Source: Acidimicrobiaceae bacterium (GTDB lineage Bacteria; Actinomycetota; Acidimicrobiia; Actinomarinales; Actinomarinaceae). Taken from it: a stretch of DNA of 64,000 bases. The position numbers were made by a program, and so were the translations under genes. The stretch's first letter is position 1, and each line of letters opens with the position of its first letter. A model generated the notes under the pieces. The model did no database searches. It had not been told where the DNA came from and saw only the letters and a program-made list of their open reading frames with translations. Of the stretch, positions 29,539 through 41,699 are shown in pieces. The DNA lies in the NCBI GenBank assembly GCA_028404505.1, contig JAOOBM010000003.1, positions 86,759 through 150,758 of the forward strand, in the 5' to 3' direction.

Positions 29539-30716
29539 TGGAATATCTAATTGAAAGAGCTACAAATATAAATCCAAAAGATGATTTAGAAAAGCTTTTG
29601 AAAAGTAAAAAAAATCTAAGAGTTAAATTAGGCGTTGACCCAACAGCACCAGATGTCACATTGGGCTGGTATGCAATTTTAAGAATGTTAAAAAAATTTC
29701 AAGATTATGGTCATACAGCAGTTCTAATACTAGGAGAGTTCACAGCACAAGTTGGAGATCCTTCAGGCAAGTCAGAAACAAGAAAAGTAATGGAAGAAAA
29801 TGAGATTGACGATAACGCTAAAGGTGTGCTTCCAATAATTAAAAATATCTTAAATGACAATAATTTAGAAATTGTCTCTAATAAAGACTGGTTATCTAAA
29901 CTTACAATTCAAGACATGATGGAATTAGCATCAAAGACAACCTTAGCCCAAATGATGGAACGTGATGATTTTTCTAAGAGATTTAGTGACAACAGCCCAA
30001 TTTCATTATTAGAGTTTTTCTATCCTCTATACCAAGGATACGATTCAGTTGCCATAAAAGCAGATATTGAGATTGGTGGAAATGATCAATTGTGGAACTT
30101 AATGTTGGGACGAGAAATTCAAAAATCTTATGACTTGTCACCACAAATTGCAATGACGTTTCCTCTACTAGTTGGTACAGATGGTTCAAAAAAAATGTCA
30201 CAATCCTTAAATAATTACATTTCCATTTCTGACAGCCCTGAAAACATCTTTGGAAAAATAATGAGCATTCCAGATGAAATTATGTGGGATTATTTCACCA
30301 TGCTGACTGATTTAGAGATTTCAGAAATAGACAATTTTAGAAAAAATGTAGATAAAGGTAAGACAAATCCTTTCGATTATAAAAAAATGCTAGGGAAACT
30401 CATTGTTTCAGAAATCTATGATGAAAATAGTGCTTTAGTTGCTGAAAGTACATTTGAAAATATAACAATTAATAAAAACCTACCTGAGAATATGCCAGAA
30501 ACCAATATTCATGATGAAATAGATATACATTTACCAAATTTTTTAACAGAAAATGAATTAACTAAATCTAATTCCGAAGCACGTCGATTAATTGAGTCAG
30601 GAAGTGTAAAAATTGACGATCAAAAAGTTGAATTATTGGATATAAATTCATCAGATTTGATTGGTAAGACTTTACAAGTTGGGAAGCGAAAATTCCTTAA
30701 AATAAATAAGAAATAA
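29538..30716 (+). CDS. tyrS: tyrosine--tRNA ligase (HIGH motif degenerate)
   Basis: I prefer the ATG at 29538 (MEYLIERATN...), giving a TAATG junction with mpg. Motifs include GVDPTAP, GEFTAQVGDPSGKSETR, GGNDQ and KMSQS (a KMSKS variant), plus a C-terminal S4 domain (SEARRLIESGSVKID). The HIGH position reads TLGW. Confidence 0.85.
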   Translation: MEYLIERATNINPKDDLEKLLKSKKNLRVKLGVDPTAPDVTLGWYAILRMLKKFQDYGHTAVLILGEFTAQVGDPSGKSETRKVMEENEIDDNAKGVLPIIKNILNDNNLEIVSNKDWLSKLTIQDMMELASKTTLAQMMERDDFSKRFSDNSPISLLEFFYPLYQGYDSVAIKADIEIGGNDQLWNLMLGREIQKSYDLSPQIAMTFPLLVGTDGSKKMSQSLNNYISISDSPENIFGKIMSIPDEIMWDYFTMLTDLEISEIDNFRKNVDKGKTNPFDYKKMLGKLIVSEIYDENSALVAESTFENITINKNLPENMPETNIHDEIDIHLPNFLTENELTKSNSEARRLIESGSVKIDDQKVELLDINSSDLIGKTLQVGKRKFLKINKK

Positions 30717-30758
30717 TATACTTTAAACCAATTACTGTTATTCTTAAAAGTACGAGAT

Positions 30759-30771
30759 TTTGGCTTTTTGA
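30759..30771 (+). promoter_or_regulatory. boxA-like antitermination element, copy 1 (rRNA leader)
   Basis: TTTGGCTTTTTGA (extended form TGGCTTTTTGACAA) resembles the E. coli boxA TGCTCTTTAACAA. An identical 13-mer recurs in the 16S-23S spacer, and each copy lies just 5' of a processing-stem strand. Confidence 0.5.
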
Positions 30772-30787
30772 CAACTGAGTAATGTAT
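30771..30787 (+). other. 5' strand of the 16S rRNA processing stem
   Basis: ACAACTGAGTAATGTAT is complementary (16 of 17) to 32509-32525 in the spacer, so the two strands bracket the 16S gene like an RNase III stem. Confidence 0.7.
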
Positions 30788-30797
30788 GAACGCCGGT

Positions 30798-30832
30798 AGT
30801 GCAGAAATTAATTTTTCTAGCACTCTTTTTTT
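30798..30832 (+). terminator. terminator-like hairpin with T7 run inside the rRNA leader / downstream of tyrS
   Basis: AGTGC-AGAAA / TTTCT-(A)-GCACT forms a stem (10 bp, one bulge, 6-nt loop) followed by CTTTTTTT. It lies between the boxA-like element and the 16S gene, so its role is ambiguous: it could be a tyrS terminator or a structure read through by antiterminated RNA polymerase. Confidence 0.35.
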
Positions 30833-30833
30833 G

Positions 30834-30888
30834 TCAACTTTTTATTAAGTTGATTCAACTTTTTTAAGTTGAAATGGGTAAAACCCAT
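30834..30888 (+). repeat. three back-to-back palindromic hairpins in the 16S leader (two tandem 20-nt units plus one 15-nt unit)
   Basis: The three units are TCAACTT-tttatt-AAGTTGA (30834-30853), TTCAACTT-tttt-AAGTTGAA (30854-30873) and ATGGGT-aaa-ACCCAT (30874-30888). Confidence 0.6.
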
Positions 30889-30925
30889 GTTGATTCTTTG
30901 GTCAGATTTAAATTATTCAAAGATT

Positions 30926-32454
<1,529 letters not shown>

Positions 32455-32508
32455 AAGGAGCATAGAACATTTAGTTCTAAGGTTAATCACCGGTTGTCTA
32501 CAAGACTG

Positions 32509-32525
32509 ATACATTACTCAGCTGT
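32509..32525 (+). other. 3' strand of the 16S rRNA processing stem
   Basis: ATACATTACTCAGCTGT pairs with 30771-30787 with one A-C mismatch. Confidence 0.7.
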
Positions 32526-32535
32526 GAAAAAGTCA

Positions 32536-32548
32536 TTTGGCTTTTTGA
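32536..32548 (+). promoter_or_regulatory. boxA-like element, copy 2 (16S-23S spacer)
   Basis: The 13-mer TTTGGCTTTTTGA is identical to the leader copy and sits directly 5' of the 23S processing-stem strand. Confidence 0.5.
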
Positions 32549-32566
32549 AAATTGTATAGCAAGCGC
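32547..32566 (+). other. 5' strand of the 23S rRNA processing stem
   Basis: GAAAATTGTATAGCAAGCGC pairs with 35660-35679 (GCGCTTGCTATAGAATTTTT): 18 Watson-Crick pairs, 1 G-U pair and 1 mismatch. Confidence 0.7.
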
Positions 32567-32586
32567 AATTGCAAAGTATTCATATA

Positions 32587-35644
<3,058 letters not shown>

Positions 35645-35659
35645 GAAGACGGCGTATGA

Positions 35660-35679
35660 GCGCTTGCTATAGAATTTTT
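35660..35679 (+). other. 3' strand of the 23S rRNA processing stem
   Basis: It is complementary to 32547-32566 and lies between the 23S 3' end and the 5S gene. Confidence 0.7.
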
Positions 35680-35693
35680 AAGAAGTTGAGTAT

Positions 35694-35809
<116 letters not shown>

Positions 35810-35817
35810 ATTTATTG

Positions 35818-35846
35818 AAAAACCCCTAGATAACTGGGGGTTTTTC
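35818..35846 (+). terminator. rho-independent terminator of the rRNA operon
   Basis: AAAAACCCC-tagataact-GGGGGTTTTT hairpin followed by a T run, located 9 nt after the 5S gene. Confidence 0.75.
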
Positions 35847-35890
35847 TTTATTCTATTACAAACTTTATTCTTAATAACTATGATGATTTT

Positions 35891-36313
35891 ATGAATACTA
35901 TAAAATTATTTAAAGCATTTTCATATATTAATGTATTTATATTACCAACTTGGATAATTACTCCATTATTAGCAACTGAGACGACTATTTTTTTTCTAAT
36001 TTATGAAGGTAACTATTCAAATTTATTTGATTTAACACCTGGAAACGGAAATGGACAATCTCTTTTAATTTTCTATCCAATAGTGCTATATTCTATGCCA
36101 ATCTATTTTCATTTTCAGTATTTACGTTCAAATAACAAACTATACGTTTCAATGCTATTTGATTTTTGGGTTATAATTCTCGTTCTAAGAATATTATCAA
36201 TTATATCAAAAGGGTTTGTTTGGGATTTTTATATGCAAGTTGCATTACCTGTGGAAATTATATTCCCTTTCATATTTCTTTATTTTAAGAGAGAATTTTC
36301 AAAAGTTGATTAA
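35891..36313 (+). CDS. hypothetical integral membrane protein, about 4 TM (paralogue A)
   Basis: 140 aa and very hydrophobic. It is clearly homologous to the next ORF (..GNG....LL.YP..LY......F...QYLRS.N..Y......W...L..RI.SII..G..), and I recognise no known family. Confidence 0.6.
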   Translation: MNTIKLFKAFSYINVFILPTWIITPLLATETTIFFLIYEGNYSNLFDLTPGNGNGQSLLIFYPIVLYSMPIYFHFQYLRSNNKLYVSMLFDFWVIILVLRILSIISKGFVWDFYMQVALPVEIIFPFIFLYFKREFSKVD

Positions 36314-36738
36314 TGTTTAAAATATCTCATAAAATAATTCTTGAAACGATGGTTGTCTTTATATTGATAATTATCAGCATTACATCTTTTTATGCTACAT
36401 TCCTACCTGATACTAAATTTTTATTTTTTGAAGAAACATACCTAGAACTACTTGCGTTGTCAGAGACTGGAGGTAATGGAAAACTTAATTTGTTAACATA
36501 CCCACTTGGTCTTTATTTTATTTGCATTTTTACATGTGTTCAATACTTGCGTTCAAGGAATATTGTGTATATCAATTTTTTAATACTGATATGGTCTGCT
36601 GTTCTTTTAGCAAGAATAATTTCAATAATTCTTAGAGGAGGAATTATTTTTGATATATATTTTCTCGTTGGTATTTTTCCAGAATTTATTATTGCTCCAT
36701 TTTTCTTTTTTATAAAAAATAAAGTTTTTAAAACTTAA
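36313..36738 (+). CDS. hypothetical integral membrane protein, about 4 TM (paralogue B)
   Basis: 141 aa, a tandem paralogue of 35891-36313, joined to it by a TAATG junction. Confidence 0.6.
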   Translation: MFKISHKIILETMVVFILIIISITSFYATFLPDTKFLFFEETYLELLALSETGGNGKLNLLTYPLGLYFICIFTCVQYLRSRNIVYINFLILIWSAVLLARIISIILRGGIIFDIYFLVGIFPEFIIAPFFFFIKNKVFKT

Positions 36739-36745
36739 TAATTAA

Positions 36746-37675
36746 TTATTGATATTTTAAATAATTCCTTACTCCATTTATTTGCATCTCAAAATTGCCA
36801 TTACCTATATAATTAGAAATAGTTTTTTCATCGATATTTAATGATTTATAATTCGAAACTATCCACTCAACGAGTCTATCACTAGCCTCTTTTTGAGTAA
36901 GGTCAGGTAAGTTATCAATAAATTGTAACCACAAATCAATGCTTTCTTTTGCATTATTTATGAGTTGATAAGGATTGGTGTGTATTCCGAAATGTGCAAT
37001 AGCAACTTGCTTTAGCTCAAGTTTCTCAATGTGTTCAAGCGTATTGAACAATACTTCTTTATCAAAATCTGGTGGAGGTAAGTTTGGTTGAACAAAATTG
37101 CCATGTGGATAAATTAACCCTAGTGTATCGCCCATAAAAATTGTTCCAGAAATTTCGTCATAGAATGAGTAATGATGCTTTGCATGACCGGGGCTATAAA
37201 GTGCTTTTAAAATTCTGTTTTTATCAATTTTTATATCTGCCCCATCATTCAGTTTTTTAATATTCTCTAAAGGGATTGGTTTTATTTCTCCCCAGTTTTT
37301 TTTAAGCCATTCTTCTGTATAAACATCACTAACTGCTTTCCATAACCTCTCCGGGTTTGGCAAATGTTTTAAACCTAATTCATGTACGTATACAAAATTT
37401 TCTTTATATTTTTCGTTTAAATGTCCAATTCCACCGACATGGTCTAAATGTAAATGTGTAATTGCTGTTCTTTTTATATCTTTTATTCCAAGTGACTCTA
37501 TTGCTGAAATTAAATATGGAAATGAATTTGAAGGTCCTACCTCAATAAGTATTGGATCTGATGTATCTATGAAATAACATGACATTCTTTGAGGTTTACC
37601 CTCCATATGAACATCAATTTGATAAATCTTGTCATCAAACTTTGTTACATCTGTGTTCATATATACATTTTTCAT
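36746..37675 (-). CDS. MBL-fold metallo-hydrolase
   Basis: It carries an HLHLDHVGG (HxHxDH) motif plus downstream SPGHAKHH and D..G. I prefer the ATG at 37675 (MKNVYMNTD...) or 37660. The ORF-track start at 37777 would overlap the divergent GGT gene by 83 nt. Confidence 0.75.
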   Translation of the reverse strand: MKNVYMNTDVTKFDDKIYQIDVHMEGKPQRMSCYFIDTSDPILIEVGPSNSFPYLISAIESLGIKDIKRTAITHLHLDHVGGIGHLNEKYKENFVYVHELGLKHLPNPERLWKAVSDVYTEEWLKKNWGEIKPIPLENIKKLNDGADIKIDKNRILKALYSPGHAKHHYSFYDEISGTIFMGDTLGLIYPHGNFVQPNLPPPDFDKEVLFNTLEHIEKLELKQVAIAHFGIHTNPYQLINNAKESIDLWLQFIDNLPDLTQKEASDRLVEWIVSNYKSLNIDEKTISNYIGNGNFEMQINGVRNYLKYQ

Positions 37676-37694
37676 ACAAAAGTTATAAACTACA

Positions 37695-39134
37695 ATGTTT
37701 ACAGTGAATGTTTCATTAGCAAGTACAGCGGAATACAGCTCAAAAGCAGCTGAATCAATAAAAGATTTAAATCCCAATGCTGCAGATTTACTGATTTCAA
37801 GTGTAATTACATCAATGGTTACTGATCTTGGTGTTGTTGCTCCTACTGCTTCTGGACTTTTAACTTATTATGATGGGGATAACAATTCAACACATTCAGT
37901 AGATGGTTATTTTGTAGCTCCAAAAAAATTTGATGGAAATGATCATGAAGAACATCGAATTTCTATGACTTATGGTGGTCATGTTGAAACATGTAAAGGA
38001 GCAAATACATTCGCTGTTCCAGGTATATATAAGATTCTTAACCTAATTTTCGAAAGATATGCATCTCTTCCTTTGGATAAATTACTAGAATTTCCTATAA
38101 AAACTGCCAAAGAGGGTTTTAAATTAACCCAACCAACAAAAGATTACTTTATTCATTCATTAGAACCAATGTTCATGTGGCATGAACAATCAAAAATTGC
38201 TTTAACCAATGTGTATGAAGATTTAGAAAATGGAATTGTTAAACTTGATAAATTAGCTGACACTCTTAGTCATATGTCAGATGAAGGATTCAATGATTTT
38301 TATATTGGAGATATTTCCAAATCTATAGTAGAAACTCTAGAAATCGAAGGTGGTCATGCTACAAAAGATGATTTCAATGGATATGAATTAATTGAAGAAA
38401 ATAAGTTTGAGTATCAATACAAAAATTTAAAATTAACAGGGCATTCTGGACCTTCCATTGGTGGCTTAATGGTACTTAAATACTTAAATGCGTTATCTGT
38501 AAAATCCCAAAATATTGAAGAAATTCTAAAAAATGTTTATTTGGATAGAAAAAATAACTATGAGTTTTTTGGTAGCAGGGGGGACGTAATCAATAATGAA
38601 ATATCAAAAATTTCTACATCTTCATCAACAATACAAGTAAACACATCTGATAAAAATAATTTTCATTTCTCAATAACCTTCTCCAGTGGCTATGGATCTG
38701 GTGTTTTATGTAAAAATACGGGTATGTATTTCAATAACTCTTTAGGAGAAATTGAGCTAAATCCGCAAGGCTTTCTTGGAGACACTAAGGGTGATAGATT
38801 GATTTCAAACATGAGTCCCTTAATTATTGAATCAAATGAAGGAGTTAGTACCATTGGTTCTCCAGGAGCTGATAGAATAAGCTCTGCGATAGCTCAAGTA
38901 TTAACAAATTATACAAATGGTAATACATGGAAAGAATCAATAGATATGCCAAGATTTCATGTAAATGCTGATGGAGGAGTAAGAGCAGAGCCAGGATATG
39001 ATAACATCAATGAAAATACAATAATCACTGACCCATTTGATATGTATTTTGGCGGAGTTTGTGTAACTGGTAGCAATGATGATATTTTTAGCTATGGAGA
39101 TAAAAGAAGAGGAAATACTTCTTGGAAATGTTAG
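37695..39134 (+). CDS. gamma-glutamyltransferase-family (Ntn hydrolase) protein, no obvious signal peptide
   Basis: 479 aa. The N-terminal ASTAEYSSKAA.....NAADLLIS...TS.V.....AP..SGLL.YY pattern and the central ..SSTIQV.TSD...FHFSITFSSGYGSGV....G...NN..GE motif match the GGT family, as does GSPGADRI.SAIAQVL. Confidence 0.7.
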   Translation: MFTVNVSLASTAEYSSKAAESIKDLNPNAADLLISSVITSMVTDLGVVAPTASGLLTYYDGDNNSTHSVDGYFVAPKKFDGNDHEEHRISMTYGGHVETCKGANTFAVPGIYKILNLIFERYASLPLDKLLEFPIKTAKEGFKLTQPTKDYFIHSLEPMFMWHEQSKIALTNVYEDLENGIVKLDKLADTLSHMSDEGFNDFYIGDISKSIVETLEIEGGHATKDDFNGYELIEENKFEYQYKNLKLTGHSGPSIGGLMVLKYLNALSVKSQNIEEILKNVYLDRKNNYEFFGSRGDVINNEISKISTSSSTIQVNTSDKNNFHFSITFSSGYGSGVLCKNTGMYFNNSLGEIELNPQGFLGDTKGDRLISNMSPLIIESNEGVSTIGSPGADRISSAIAQVLTNYTNGNTWKESIDMPRFHVNADGGVRAEPGYDNINENTIITDPFDMYFGGVCVTGSNDDIFSYGDKRRGNTSWKC

Positions 39135-39823
39135 ATAAACTACCCCATAAAAATCTTTTTTACTTTGGCTTTCTTGTTGTATTTGTATTTATAGGTCTGT
39201 CATATTGGCAATTAACAAGACATCAACAAGACAATCTGATAATTGACTCAATTGACTCAAAAGATTATGTAAATGAAATATCTGTGTCGGATTTATATGA
39301 TCTTAATTATAAATTTGAAGAATTTACGAAAATTCAATTAACTGAAAATATAGAGAATATAGAACTGGTAAGAACTTGGTATTTACGATCACGTGTTCAT
39401 AATGGTGAAAATGGATATCACCTTGTTAGTTTGTATAGGACAAATTTAGAGGAATATTTTTTAATTAATAACGGATGGGTTCCCCTTAATAAAAATGCAG
39501 ATAAAACGTTTTTATACAAAAATCTAATTTTTAGAGGCAGATTATTAAATTACGATATTCAAGGTGTTGGACAAGACGATATACCTAATTCAGAGTATTT
39601 ATTTAGAATAGACAAATCATTTATAGAAAGTGAAACAGGCGTTAATCTTCCAGAATTCTATATTATCTTAATTGATGATTGTGGAAGTGGGGTAGAATGC
39701 GTTAATTTAGAAGAACCTTATGATGCCCCACATTTAAGTTATGCATTTCAATGGGCATTTTTTGCTTTATGTCTAACAATTGTTGTTCTAAGAAGAAATA
39801 ATTTGATTACATGGAAAAAATAA
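39122..39823 (+). CDS. SURF1-family cytochrome oxidase assembly protein
   Basis: 233 aa with an N-terminal TM helix carrying the GLSYWQLTRH motif and a C-terminal HLSYAFQWAFFAL TM segment, both typical of SURF1/Shy1. Confidence 0.7.
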   Translation: MEMLDKLPHKNLFYFGFLVVFVFIGLSYWQLTRHQQDNLIIDSIDSKDYVNEISVSDLYDLNYKFEEFTKIQLTENIENIELVRTWYLRSRVHNGENGYHLVSLYRTNLEEYFLINNGWVPLNKNADKTFLYKNLIFRGRLLNYDIQGVGQDDIPNSEYLFRIDKSFIESETGVNLPEFYIILIDDCGSGVECVNLEEPYDAPHLSYAFQWAFFALCLTIVVLRRNNLITWKK

Positions 39824-40704
39824 ATTTAAATAACATTTCTTTATCTTATGAAACTATGGGTCAGGGGAGTGATGTATTATTACTTCATGGATTTCCATCA
39901 AATATGTATATGTGGAACGAAATTAAAAATAAATTAGTCGAAACTGGTTACAGAGTTACAATCGTAGAACAAAGGGGATATCCATTATCAAGATTAGAAA
40001 ATTTTGATGTCCTCTCTTTTAATATTGAAGAATTATCAAAAGATATTGAAGAATTAATAATAAAACTTAAACTTGATCAAAATTTAACAATTGTAGGGCA
40101 TGATTGGGGATCTATTGTTGCATGGGCAATAATATCCCGTGAAAAAATAAATATTAGCAAGTTAATTTCTGTATGTGGTGGTACTGAATTTCCAACAACA
40201 GCTGTGTATAAGAATTTAACTTACAAAGAAAAACCTCATTATATTTCATCATTTCAAAATTTTAAAAAAACTGCAGATATAATTGACAATAATCTAGAGT
40301 CTTTCTTTAGATCCGCTTACAGAAAGAATAACCAAATAGGAGTGTCTGTAGATCTTTCTTTAGATAACGTATTTATAAATTACTCATCTGAAAGTTGTGT
40401 CATGAATGAGAATGAAATTATTAATTTAATTCAACACTTTGATGAATTCTCACTCGATCAAGCTATTGCATGGTATGCGAATATAGATTTAAACTCAGAG
40501 CTTAGTTCTGACTGGAGAAAGGTAGTAACAACTCCTGTACATTTTATATTTGGTGAAGTTGATGCTGCTGTAAAACTAAATGGCAAAATGATAGAAAGGC
40601 TTATGTCTAGTGGAACCAATGTTAAGATAACAGAGATACCAGGAGCAGGACATTGGCTACCGATTACCCACAGGGAGAGTGTTTTAAGGGAAATATATGC
40701 TTAA
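39811..40704 (+). CDS. alpha/beta-fold hydrolase (epoxide hydrolase/haloalkane dehalogenase-like)
   Basis: 297 aa with LLLHGFPSN..MW, the nucleophile elbow GHDWGS and a C-terminal GAGHW motif. Confidence 0.75.
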   Translation: MEKINLNNISLSYETMGQGSDVLLLHGFPSNMYMWNEIKNKLVETGYRVTIVEQRGYPLSRLENFDVLSFNIEELSKDIEELIIKLKLDQNLTIVGHDWGSIVAWAIISREKINISKLISVCGGTEFPTTAVYKNLTYKEKPHYISSFQNFKKTADIIDNNLESFFRSAYRKNNQIGVSVDLSLDNVFINYSSESCVMNENEIINLIQHFDEFSLDQAIAWYANIDLNSELSSDWRKVVTTPVHFIFGEVDAAVKLNGKMIERLMSSGTNVKITEIPGAGHWLPITHRESVLREIYA

Positions 40705-40719
40705 ATTATCAATTTCTAT

Positions 40720-40747
40720 TTGTCCTATAATATATATTATGTTGCGT
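40720..40747. other. candidate dif (XerCD chromosome dimer resolution) site
   Basis: TTGTCCTATAA-TATATA-TTATGTTGCGT matches B. subtilis dif ACTTCCTAGAA-TATATA-TTATGTAAACT at 20 of 28 positions (6/6 in the central region, inner arms TCCTAnAA / TTATGT). It lies in a 44-bp intergenic gap about 1 kb from the point where gene orientation converges. As a caveat, it also contains TATAAT and could simply be the add promoter. Confidence 0.35.
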
Positions 40748-40748
40748 T

Positions 40749-41699
40749 ATGTATAAAGCAGTATTGCATGATCATTTGGATGGCGGATTAAGGGCAGTTA
40801 CTGCAAAAGAACTTGCAATTAAAGACAATTATGCTCCCTTACTTAATGTTGATGATATAGATGGTTTTTTTAATAGAGAATCATCTGAATCTCTTGAAGA
40901 TTATCTTGAAGCATTTGTACACACAACAGCTCTAATGAATAGTTACGAAAATCTTGAAAGAATTGCTTTTGAGGCAGCTGAGGATATGCATTATGAAGGT
41001 ATTACACATTATGAAAGTAGGTATGCTCCCCTCTATTCGGTAAATAATTCGTTAACACCAAAGGATGTAATAGATGCAATTAATTCTGGGTTTAAACAAG
41101 CTGAAAATTTATATGGGATTCAATCTGGTCTAATTTTGTGTGGAATGAGAAATGATACAAATAATGTAAAACAAGTAACTGAAATTGCAATTAATTATAA
41201 AGAAAATATTATTGGCTTTGATATTGCAGGACCTGAATTAAATTATTTACCATCATTATTTATTGATGAATTCAAGAAACTAGTTGAAAACAATGTGAAT
41301 TTAACAATACATGCTGGAGAAGGTGATGGAGTAAATTCTATTCAAGAAGCATTGGATAACGGAGCAAAAAGAATTGGCCACGGTGTACGGATAATTGAAG
41401 ATATTGACGTTGAAACAGGCTTATTTGGGCCTACAGCAACACATATTTTTGAAAACAATATTCCTCTGGAGATTTGTATAAGTTCAAACATACACACAAA
41501 TATGTACTCTGATTACAAAGATCATCCGATAAAAGATTTATTAGAGCTTGACTTTCCAGTTACGATAAATACTGACAACAGACTTATGAGTAATACAAAT
41601 ATATTAAAAGAAATTACGATTGCAGAAAATTTAAATATAACTAACGCAAGTAAATTGTTAGAAAAATCAGCTAGCTATAGTTTCTTGAATAATTTCTGA
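40749..41699 (+). CDS. add: adenosine deaminase
   Basis: 316 aa with LHDHLDGGLR, HAGE and TINTDNRLMS motifs. Confidence 0.9.
   Translation: MYKAVLHDHLDGGLRAVTAKELAIKDNYAPLLNVDDIDGFFNRESSESLEDYLEAFVHTTALMNSYENLERIAFEAAEDMHYEGITHYESRYAPLYSVNNSLTPKDVIDAINSGFKQAENLYGIQSGLILCGMRNDTNNVKQVTEIAINYKENIIGFDIAGPELNYLPSLFIDEFKKLVENNVNLTIHAGEGDGVNSIQEALDNGAKRIGHGVRIIEDIDVETGLFGPTATHIFENNIPLEICISSNIHTNMYSDYKDHPIKDLLELDFPVTINTDNRLMSNTNILKEITIAENLNITNASKLLEKSASYSFLNNF

Noticed and set aside
32455-32586. tRNA-Ile or tRNA-Ala genes in the 16S-23S spacer.
   Set aside because: The spacer is only about 130 nt and is fully accounted for by the 16S stem strand, the boxA-like element and the 23S stem strand. No cloverleaf-compatible sequence is present, which fits the tRNA-less spacers of Actinobacteria.
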